From Macrostomum hystrix (lineage: Eukaryota; Animalia; Platyhelminthes): DNA of 64,000 bases. Numbering within the stretch: the stretch's first letter is position 1; every line of letters begins with the position of its first letter. Location of the stretch: positions 23,560,001-23,624,000 of the forward strand of contig CATNEN010000038.1 of NCBI GenBank assembly GCA_950097015.1, read 5' to 3'. Below the pieces are notes generated by a model. That model made no database searches, had not been told where the DNA came from, and saw only the letters and a program-made list of their open reading frames with translations. Below are positions 24,601 to 36,600 of the stretch, in pieces. Both the position numbers and the translations under genes were made by a program.

Positions 24601-27600
24601 ATTTTGAGATTGTTGCCTTAGGGGAAGAGATTTTGAGAATGATACCTAAGGGGAAGAGATTTTGAGAATGTTACTTTAAGTAAAGAGATTTTGAGACTGT
24701 TACTTTCAGTAAAGAGATTTTGAGATTGTTGCCTTAGGGGAAGAGATTTTGAGATTGTTGCCTTAGGGGAAGAGATTTTGAGAATGATACCTAAGGGGAA
24801 GAGATTTTGAGAATGATACCTAAGGGGAAGAGATTTTGAGAATGATACCTAAGGGGAAGAGATTTTGAGAATGTTACTTTAAGTAAAAAGATTTTGAGAT
24901 TGTTGACTTAGGGGATGAGATTTTGAGAATGATACCTAAGGGGAAGAGATTTTGAGAATGATACCTAAGGGGAAGAGATTTTGAGAATGATACCTAAGGG
25001 GAAGAGATTTTGAGAATGATACCTAAGGGGAAGAGATTTTAAGAATGATACCTAAGGGGAAGAGATTTTGAGAATGTTACTTTAAGTAAAAAGATTTTGA
25101 GATTGTTGACTTAGGGGATGAGATTTTGAGAATGATACCTAAGGGGAAGAGATTTTGAGAATGATACCTAAGGGGAAGAGATTTTGAGAATGATACCTAA
25201 GGGGAAGAGATTTTGAGAATGATACCTAAGGGGAAGAGATTTTGAGAATGATACCTAAGGGGAAGAGATTTTGAGAATGATACCTAAGGGGAAGAGATTT
25301 TGAGTCTGTTACCTTAGGGGAAGAGATTTTGAGAATGATACCTAAGGGGAAGAGATTTTGAGAATGTTGCTTTAGTGATTGAGTTAATTAAGGGGTCAGG
25401 TGAGACTTCGAGTCTGTTACTGAATCAACCGCAACTGAACAAAAAACCCAGGCTCGTAGTCGCATAGATCTCGACGATTTGGAGGATAAATTTAAACTGG
25501 CCCCTAGCAACAACGCTGCCAAAGGCTTCAGCAGCACAGACGGCTCCGGTGATTCCAGGAACGGATCTACAAGTCGTCTGGCGCCGAAGAAATTAGAAAG
25601 GCCTACCTTGCTTAGTCACGACAGATTTCGTAACCTAGCCGTTACTAAGCACAAAGTTGACTCTATTGGGCTCGCGTTTGATCAGCTAGCTGGGGCTATT
25701 AAACGATTGGATTCGGATAAGATCAACGCCGATTTAGCCGAGATTTTACTGCGGCAGGGCATCCCTAGCGACGAGGAAATGCAGGCCTATAGGCAATATC
25801 AGTTTGAGGATGGCAACCGGTTGGAGGATCTCAGCGACCAGGTTAGTGTTTTTGCTTTATTTTTTGTTGATTTGTCGATCTAAGATCCTCTTACTATTGT
25901 TTTCATGATTCCAAATCATTTTTTGTTTAAATAATCACAAGATGTACTTTTTTGTTTAAAAAATCCGAAATTCTACTGTTTTGTTTAAATGAACCTACAT
26001 CCTTAGATTTTGGTTTGAATGATCCCAGATCCTTAGATTTTGGTTTAAATGATCCTAGATTTAAATATTTTTGTTTGAATCATCCCAGATCCTTAGATTT
26101 TGGTTTGAATGATCCTAGATTTAAATATTTTTGTTTGAATCATCCCAGATCCTTAGATTTTGGTTTGAATGATCCTAGATTTAGATATTTTTGTTTGAAT
26201 CATCCCAGATCCTTATATTTTTGTTTGAATCATCCCAGATCCTGAGATTTTTGTTTGAATAATCCCAGATCCTGAGATTTTTGTTTAAATGCTCCCAGAT
26301 CCTGTGATTTTTGTTTAAATGCTCCCAGATCCTGTGATTTTTGTTTAAATGCTCCTAGATCCTGGGATTTTTGTTTGAATCATCCCAGATCCTGTGATTT
26401 TTGTTTAAATGATCCCAGATCCTTAGATTTTTGTTTGAATAATCCCAGATCCTGAGATTTTTGTTTACATGCTCCCAGATCCTGTGATTTTTGTTTAAAT
26501 GCTCCCAGATCCTGAGATTTTTGTTTGAATAATCCCAGATCCTGAGATTTTAGTTTAAATGCTCCCAGATCCTGTGATTTTTGTTTAAATGCTCCCAGAT
26601 CCTTAGATTTTTGTTTGAATCATCCCAGATCCTGTGATTTTTGTTTAAATGATCCCAGATCCTTAGATTTTTGTTTGAATCATCCCAGATGCTTAGATTT
26701 TTGTTTGAATCATCCCAGATCCTTAGATTTTTGTTTGAATCATCCCAGATCCTTAGATTTTTGTTTGAATCATCCCAGATCCTGAGATTTTTGTTTGAAA
26801 AATCCCAGATCCTGAGATTTTTGTTTAAATCATCCCAGATCCTTAGATTTTTGTTTGAATAATCCCAGATCCTTAGATTTTTGTTTGAATCATCCCAGAT
26901 CCTTAGATTTTTGTTTGAATCATCCCAGATCCTTAGATTTTTGTTTGAATCATCCCAGATCCTGAGATTTTTGTTTGAATGATCCAGATCCTTAGATTTT
27001 TGTTTGAATCATCCCAGATCCTTAGATTTTTGTTTGAATCATCCCAGATCCTTAGATTTTTGTTTGAATCATCCCAGATCCTTAGATTTTTGTTTGAATC
27101 ATCCCAGATCCTGAGATTTTTGTTTAAATCATCCCAGATCCTTAGATTTTTGTTTGAATAATCCCAGATCCTTAGATTTTTGTTTGAATCATCCCAGATC
27201 CTTAGATTTTTGTTTGAATCATCCCAGATCCTTAGATTTTTGTTTGAATCATCCCAGATCCTTAGATTTTTGTTTGAATGATCCAGATCCTTAGATTTTT
27301 GTTTGAATCATCCCAGATCCTTAGATTTTTGTTTGAATGATCCAGATCCTGAGATTTTTGTTTGAATCATCCCAGATCCTTAGATTTTTGTTTGAATCAT
27401 CCCAGATCCTGAGATTTTTGTTTGAATAATCCCAGATCCTTAGATTTTTGTTTGAATCATCCCAGATCCTTAGATTTTTGTTTGAATCATCCCAGATCCT
27501 TAGATTTTTGTTTAAATCATCCCAGATCCTGAGATTTTTGTTTGAATCATCCCAGATCCTTAGATTTTTGTTTGAATCATCCCAGATCCTTAGATTTTTG

Positions 27601-30600
27601 TTTGAATCATCCCAGATCCTTAGATTTTTGTTTGAATCATCCCAGATCCTGAGATTTTTGTTTGAATCATCCCAGATCCTTAGATTTTTGTTTGAATCAT
27701 CCCAGATCCTTAGATTTTTGTTTGAATCATCCCAGATCCTGAGATTTTTGTTTGAATCATCCCAGATCCTTAGATTTTTGTTTGAATCATCCCAGATCCT
27801 GAGATTTTTGTTTGAATCATCCCAGATCCTTAGATTTTTGTTTGAATGATCCAGATCCTTAGATTTTTGTTTGAATCATCCCAGATCCTTAGATTTTTGT
27901 TTGAATCATCCCAGATCCTTAGATTTTTGTTTGAATCATCCCAGATCCTTAGATTTTTGTTTGAATCATCCCAGATCCTTAGATTTTTGTTTGAATGATC
28001 CAGATCCTTAGATTTTTGTTTGAATCATCCCAGATCCTTAGATTTTTGTTTAAATCATCCCAGATCCTTAGATTTTTGTTTAAATCATCCCAGATCCTGA
28101 GATTTTTGTTTGAATCATCCCAGATCCTTAGATTTTTGTTTGAATCATCCCAGATCCTTAGATTTTTGTTTGAATCATCCCAGATCCTTAGATTTTTGTT
28201 TGAATCATCCCAGATCCTTAGATTTTTGTTTGAATCATCCCAGATCCTGAGATTTTTGTTTGAATCATCCCAGATGCTTAGATTTTTGTTTGAATCATCC
28301 CAGATCCTGAGATTTTTGTTTGAATCATCCCAGATCCTTAGATTTTTGTTTGAACAATCCCAAATCAAACAAGGTCTTTTTTATGCTTCTATTTTTGTTT
28401 AAATGACCAAACTTGCTCCAAATTTATTGATACTGAAATCCCTAATTTATCCCAAACCGTCAACTCCTACAGGATCAGCTGCTCGCCTGCCTTTGTCGCG
28501 TACCTCGCCTGGAGCGTCGGCTGAAAGCTCTGCAATTTATTGGTCAATTCGATGAGAATTTGAACTCTGTCGAACCGCCTCTGATAACAATCATTGCCGC
28601 TTGCACCTCGTTGGAGAAGGCTTCCAAGTTTAAAAAGGTGCCTAAAAGTTGCGTACCAACTCCCTTTTAAAAACGTTTCAGCGGCATTTTTCATGAGATT
28701 TCGGATCCTTAAACTCTATCTAGGGTGAGATTTCGGGTATTCAAACTCTATCTAGTGTGAGATTTAGGATTTTCAAACTCTATCTAGTGTGAGATTTAGG
28801 ATTTTCAAACTCTATCTAGTGTGAGATTTTGGATTTTTAAACTGTATCTAGTGTGAGACTTATGACTTTCAAACTATATATAGTGTGAGATTTAGGATTT
28901 TCAAACTCCATCTACTGTGAGATTCCGGATTTTCAAACTCTATATCTAGTGTGAGATTTCGGGTATTCAAACTCTATCTAGGGTGAGATTTCGGATTTTC
29001 AAACTCTATCTAGTGTGAGATTTAGGATTTTCAAACTCTGTCTAGTGTGAGATTTAAGATTTTCAAACTCTATCTAGTGTGAGATTTAGGATTTTCAAAC
29101 TCTATCTAGGATGAGACTTAGGATCTTCAAACTCCATCTACTGTGAGATTTCGGGTATTCAAACTCTATCTAGTGTGAGATTTCGGGTATTCAAACTGTC
29201 TAGTGTGAGATTTAAGATTTTCAAACTCTATCTAGTGTGAGATTTTGGATTTTCAAACTCTATCTAGTGTGAGATTTAGGATCCTCAAACTCCATCTACT
29301 GTGAGATTTCGGATTTTCAAACTCTATATCTAGTGTGAGATTTAGGATTTTCAAACTCTATCTAGTGTGAGATTTAGGATTTTCAAACTCTATCTAGGAT
29401 GAGATTTAGGATCTTCAAACTCCATCTACTGTGAGATTTCGGGTATTCAAACTCTATCTAGTGTGAGATTTCGGGTATTCAAACTCTGTCTAGTGTGAGA
29501 TTTAGGATTTTCAAACTCTATCTAGTGTGAGATTTAGGATCTTCAAACTCCATCTACTGTGAGATTTCGGATTTTCAAACTCTATATCTAGTGTGAGATT
29601 TAGGATTTTCAAACTCTATCTAGTGTGAGACGCCATTGCGACGCCATTGTTATGTCCTTAGTAGCACCGAAGAAAGCCGTAAGATAGTGTTTGAGCGTTG
29701 GCGGGCTTATGCCACTCATTAGCGTAGCCGCTCCCAAAAAACACTTAATATATTTCTTTGGCTCGCTAGCTGTCTTAAGCATTCAATACTGTAACGAGTA
29801 TCTAGGGTTTCAACCCTAGACCCTTTTAGAAGCAGCAAGCAAACTAGGCAGCAAGCAAACTAAATCTGTGTCACGTCACAACATCCATCTACTGTGAGAT
29901 TTCGGATTTTCAAACTCTATATCTAGTGTGAGATTTAGGATTTTCAAACTCTATCTAGTGTGAGACTTAGGATTTTCAAACTCTATCTAGTGTGAGATTT
30001 TAGGATCTTCAAACTCTTATCTAGGGTGAGTTTTTAGGATCTTCAAACTCTTATCTAGGGTGAGTTTTTAGGATCTTCAAACTCTTATCTAGAGTGAGTT
30101 TTTAGGATCTTCAAACTCTTATCTAGAGTGAGTTTTTAGGATCTTCAAACTCTTATCTAGTGTGAGATTTAGGATCTTCAAACTCTATCTAGTGTGAGAT
30201 TTAGGATCTTCAAACTCTATCTAGTGTGAGATTTAGGATCTTCAAACTCTTATCTAGTGTGAGATTTAGGATCTTCAAACTCTATCTAGGGTGAGTTTTT
30301 AGGATCTTCAAACTCTTATCTAGGGTGAGTTTTTAGGATCTTCAAACTCTTATCTAGAGTGAGTTTTTAGGATCTTCAAACTCTTATCTAGGGTGAGTTT
30401 TTAGGATCTTCAAACTCTTATCTAGGGTGAGTTTTTAGGATCTTCAAACTCTTATCTAGGGTGAGACTTAGGATTTTCAAACTCTATCTAGAGTGAGACT
30501 TAGGATTTTCAAACTCTATCTAGTGTGAGATTTAGGATTTTCAAACTCTATCTAGTGTGAGATTTAGGATTTTCAAACTCTATCTAGTGTGAGATTTAGG

Positions 30601-33600
30601 ATTTTCAAACTCTATCTAGGGTAAGATTTCGAATAGTTAAACTGTATCTATGTTGAGATTTCGGATCCTTAAACTCGAACTAGGATATGATTTGTTATCT
30701 ACAATGTCCATCTTGAGATATAGCATATTTTCATCCCGTTTCGCAGGTGCTAGAAATAATCCTAGCCATCGGCAATTATCTAAACAGTCACAAGCGAGGC
30801 GCTGTCTATGGCTTTCGTCTAGCTAGCCTAGCCACTCTGCAGGAGACAAAATCGGCCGACAAAAAATGGACAATGCTTCAGTACATTGTTAATCTGATTG
30901 ACACCAAAATGCCTGAACTGGTCGAGTTCGACACTGAATTGCGTCACTGCGAAAAGGCTGCCGGTATTAATCTGGACAATGTGAAAGCCGACGGCGCTCT
31001 ACTATTGGCCGGATTTCAACAGGTAAGGAATGGCAACTCTATTACAAGTATAATTATGCGATATCTATTAGCAGGTAAAAACTAATATTTTATCGAAGGC
31101 TGCGTACGGCTGTTCAGTCCATGGACTGGGGGGGTACGCCACACCAGACCCTCAATTACCCTCCAAAGCTACTGTAAAGTGTCTTGCTATAAAATGACTT
31201 GAATCGAACCCCCGACCTGACGACTCATGACCCACACCGCTCTAAAAGTCTATATGAAATATTCATAATAAAATATCTATAGATAAGTTGTTTGTAGCGT
31301 TGTGGCTAGAGCGTCGGACTCACGACTAAAAGGTCGGGGGTTCGATTCCCGGCTCCTCTTGTACAATTTTTGTCATTTAGCTAGACACCTAACTCTGCGT
31401 TCCTTCAGTTCACCCAGCTGGCAAATGGGTACCAGCATCAGCTGGGATAATTGACGGTGGGTGTTGGCGTCCCCCCAGTCCATGGACTGAACAGCTGTAC
31501 GCAGTCTTCAGATGCGCCGTGCAATAGCTGCGGCTGTGCTGTCGGCTGCACATGTGGCCTTATTGGGGCAGGTGTAATCAATTACTATTATAGACAGTTA
31601 GAATAGTTGTCTACAAACATATTGAGGGAAGATCAATAGATAGTCTCACGAATAAACTGTAGACATATTGACATGCTATGATAGTCTATAGGCTACTTAT
31701 CGAGATATCTAAAGTCGTCTAGAGGCTCAATAGAAGAATAGTCTGTAGGCGTTAAAATTATATTAGGCAGTTGGAAGAATAGTGGTCTCTAGACATATCG
31801 GTTAGAGATCTACAGACAGTCTATCAACTATTATTCAGCTTCGCAGTCTAGCAGACGAGGAAGCGAATGGCGAGGAAGCCGAACTGCAGCGCCTGTCGCA
31901 ATTCCTTCGGGCGCACCAGACTCGCATGGACAAGCTCAGGACGGATCTGAAGACAGCGGAGGACTGCTTCAATCTAGCTAGGACTCGCTTCGGTGAAGGC
32001 ATGCAGCAGGTCAGCACTGACGCCTTCTTTGGCGCTCTGAGCAGATTTCAAATCGATGTCAGGCGAGCCAGGCATGAACTCAAGCTCAGGCGCGACGCTG
32101 AGGCTGCCGCCGAGGAGAAGTCAGCCAAGGTAAGAAGAGGGTGGCAGTTGATCCCTGCCTACGAGCTGATTTTTAAGAGAGGTCACTTGACCCCTGCCTA
32201 CGAGTTGATTTTTAAGAGAGGTCACTTGACCCCTGCCTACGAGTTGATTATTGAGTGGGGTCAGTTGACCCCTAACTAAATTATTGAGAGAGGTCAGTTG
32301 ACCCCTGCCTACGAGTTGAGTATTGTGTGTAGTCAGTTGACCTAAGACTATATTATTTTGGGAGGTCAGTTGACCCCTGCCTACGAGTTTATTTTTAAGA
32401 GGGGTCAGTTGGCCCTGCCAAAATGACGGAAGCCACTGTTCTGAGTTCATGATATTTAATAGATTCGAGCAAACCGTGTTTTTGTTTGTTGTTGCTTTTT
32501 GCAGGGTGAAACTTTGGACCCAGCTGAGCTACAGGTAAAAAATACCTGATTAAGGACAATATCATGTTTAACAAATAATCAGTTTGTCTTGCATGATGAT
32601 TTATAAAAACTAAGTCGTGTATTTTAATTTACGGTTTCATCTAATCAAATTAATCAAAATCCTTAAAATAGTAATTTCTGGTGATTCAAACTAATTCTAA
32701 TTTATTTGCTTTCATAGTCTAATATCCTTAGTTATCTGCGTTTACTTGTTGAAAATTTCAGAATTTTCATTAAATGTTATTAGACTTTAACTGGGGCTCT
32801 AAATATTGAGCCAATATTCTCCTAAATCCTCATTTTGAGCACACACAGTTCTCTCATATCCCCTGAGTCTGAGCAGTCACAATTCTCCCAGATCCTCAGT
32901 TTGAGCAGTCACAATTCTCCCAGATCCTCAGTTTGAACAGTCACAATTCTCCCAGATCCACTCAGTTTGAACAGTCAAAATTCTCCCAGATCCTCAGTTT
33001 GAGCAGTCACAATTCTCCCAGATCCACTCAGTTTGAGCAGTCACAATTCTCCCAGATCCTCAGTTTGAGCAGTCACAATTCTCCCAGATCCTAAGTTTGA
33101 ACAGTCACAATTCTCCCAGATCCTCAGTTTGAGCAGTCACAATTCTCCCAGATCCCCTCAGTTTGAGCAGTCACAATTCTCCCAGATCCCCTCAGTTTGA
33201 GCAGTCACAATTCTCCCAGATCCTCAGTTTGGGCAGTCACAATTCTCCCAGATCCACTCAGTTTGAGCAGTCACAATTCTCCCAGATCCTCAGTTTGAGC
33301 AGTCACAATTCTCCCAGATCTTCAGTTTGAGCAGTCACAATTCTCCCAGATCCTCAGTTTGAGCAGTCACAATTCTCCCAGATCCTCAGTTTGAGCAGTC
33401 ACAATTCTCCCGGATCCTCAGTTTGAACAGTCACAATTCTCCCAGATCCACTCAGTTTGAACAGTCACAATTCTCCCAGATCCTCAGTTTGAACAGTCAC
33501 AATTCTCCCAGATCCTCAGTTTGAACAGTCACAATTCTCCCAGATCCACTCAGTTTGAGCAGTCACAATTCTCCCAGATCCTCAGTTTGAACAGTCACAA

Positions 33601-36600
33601 TTCTCCCAGATCCTCAGTTTGAACAGTCACAATTCTCCCAGATCCACTCAGTTTGAGCAGTCACAATTCTCCCAGATCCTCAGTTTGAGCAGTCACAATT
33701 CTCCCAGATCCTCAGTTTGAGCAGTCACAATTCTCCCAGATCCTCAGTTTGAGCAGTCACAATTCTCCCAGATCCTCAGTTTGAACAGTCACAATTCTCC
33801 CAGATCCTCAGTTTGAGCAGTCACAATTCTCCCAGATCCTCAGTTTGAGCAGTCACAATTCTCCCAGATCCTCAGTTTGAGCAGTCACAATTCTCCCAGA
33901 TCCTCAGTTTGAACAGTCACAATTCTCCCAGATCCACTCAGTTTGAACAGTCAAAATTCTCCCAGATCCTCAGTTTGAGCAGTCACAATTCTCCCAGATC
34001 CACTCAGTTTGAGCAGTCACAATTCTCCCAGATCCTCAGTTTGAGCAGTCACAATTCTCCCAGATCCTCAGTTTGAACAGTCACAATTCTCCCAGATCCC
34101 TCAGTTTGAGCAGTCACAATTCTCCCAGATCCTCAGTTTGAGCAGTCACAATTCTCCCAGATCCCCTCAGTTTGAGTAGTCACAATTCTCCCAGATCCAC
34201 TCAGTTTGAACAGTCACAATTCTCCCAGATCCTCAGTTTGAACAGTCACAATTCTCCCAGATCCTCAGTTTGAACAGTCAAAATTCTCCCAGATCCTCAG
34301 TTTGAGCAGTCACAATTCTCCCAGATCCTCAGTTTGAACAGTCACAATTCTCCCAGATCCTCAGTTTGAGCAGTCACAATTCTCCCAGATCCTCAGTTTG
34401 AACAGTCACAATTCTCCCAGATCCCTCAGTTTGAGCAGTCACAATTCTCCCAGATCCTCAGTTTGAGCAGTCACAATTCTCCCAGATCCCCTCAGTTTGA
34501 GTAGTCACAATTCTCCCAGATCCACTCAGTTTGAACAGTCACAATTCTCCCAGATCCTCAGTTTGAACAGTCACAATTCTCCCAGATCCTCAGTTTGAAC
34601 AGTCACAATTCTCCCAGATCCACTCAGTTTGAGCAGTCACAATTCTCCCAGATCCTCAGTTTGAGCAGTCACAATTCTCCCAGATCCTCAGTTTGAGCAG
34701 TCACAATTCTCCCAGATCCTCAGTTTGAGCAGTCACAATTCTCCCAGATCCTCAGTTTGAACAGTCACAATTCTCCCAGATCCTCAGTTTGAGCAGTCAC
34801 AATTCTCCCAGATCCTCAGTTTGAGCAGTCACAATTCTCCCAGATCCACTCAGTTTGAGCAGTCACAATTGTCCCAGATCCTCAGTTTGAACAGTCACAA
34901 TTCTCCCAGATCCACTCAGTTTGAGCAGTCACAATTCTCCCAGATCCTCAGTTTGAGCAGTCACAATTCTCCCAGATCCTCAGTTTGAACAGTCACAATT
35001 CTCCCAGATCCTCAGTTTGAGCAGTCACAATTCTCCCAGATCCTCAGTTTGAACAGTCACAATTCTCCCAGATCCCTCAGTTTGAGCAGTCACAATTCTC
35101 CCAGATCCTCAGTTTGAGCAGTCACAATTCTCCCAGATCCTCAGTTTGAGCAGTCACAATTCTCCCAGATCCCCTCAGTTTGAGTAGTCACAATTCTCCC
35201 AGATCCTCAGTTTGAACAGTCACAATTCTCCCATATCCTCAGTTTGAGCAGTCACAATTCTCCCAGATCCACTTAGTTTGGGCAGTCACAATTCTCCCAT
35301 ATCCTCAGTTTGAGCAGCCTTTATTCTTTGAGCAGTCGATCCCCACTAAAATCCCCACTACAAGACTCGAAGCAGTCTAACTGTACGCCGAGAACATAAA
35401 TTGTCTGACTCCATTCTTCTAATTGAATAAGTCTTTTATTTTCAATAATTTCAAGCTTCGCAGTTATAATATCGGCTAAGAGATTACTAGTTACGCAACT
35501 GTTCTCAAGCCTCCACTTTAATCAGTCAGTCAGGCAGTTTAGTAAATTGAGTTGATTGACTCATTCTTTTGTTTCATTATCATTAACAGCCTTGCTCTGT
35601 TTTCAATTGGAAGTTGGCTTCCAATATTTTACTGAACTATATATAAGTAGAAAACAGCAGGCTTTTCTTTGCCTGTTTCCAATTCAATCTCCCCCTACTC
35701 TTCTCTCCTGCCCCGAACAACTCTACAGATTTTCATTTCAAGTTTATGCTTCATTCTATTGGTATTCGTGATAAGAAAAATCTTAGCTTCAATCTACTAG
35801 TAGAAAAAAAACGGAAATTCTAGTGTGTTTTTTTACCTTGTTTCAATATTTGACTTAGTCAGGCTTGAACTGGCAACAGGAGCCGCTTTTAGTTCAGAGC
35901 CCATTGTTTGGATTATAAATATTGCCTGCCAAATGCGACTAAATGGCATAGTTAACCGATTACGCAATACTAGCAATTATAACAGAGCAAGGCTAGAGCA
36001 GGGGCACCAGCTGAGTCCTACTTTGAGCTCAACTGTATAGAATTGAAGACTTTGCAACAGTTTTAGATAATCCACGTGTGGTATTTGTATTTTGGGACCT
36101 GAGTGGGTTAGTAGCTGCTGTCCACTGAAGCTTCAGGTAGGTTCGTAGCTTCTGTCCACTGAAGCTTCAGGTGGGTTAGTAGCTGCTGTCCACTGAAGCT
36201 TCAGGTGGGTTAGTAGCTGCTGTCCACTGAAGCTTCAGGTAGGTTCGTAGCTTCTGTCCACTGAAGCTTCAGGTGGGTTAGTAGCTGCTGTCCACTGAAG
36301 CTTCAGGTGGGTTAGTAGCTGCTGTCCACTGAAGCTTCAGGTGGGTTAGTAGCTGCTGTCCACTGAAGCTTCAGGTGGGTTAGTAGCTGCTGTCCACTGA
36401 AGCTTCAGGTGGGTTAGTAGCTGCTGTCCACTGAAGCTTCAGGTGGGTTAGTAGCTGCTGTCCACTGAAGCTTCAGGTGGGTTAGTAGCTGCAGTCCACT
36501 GAAGCTTCAGGTGGGTTTGTAGCTGCTGTCCACTGAAGCTTCAGGTAGGTTCGTAGCTTCGGTCCACTGAAGCTTCAGGTGGGTTAGTAGCTGCTGTCCA

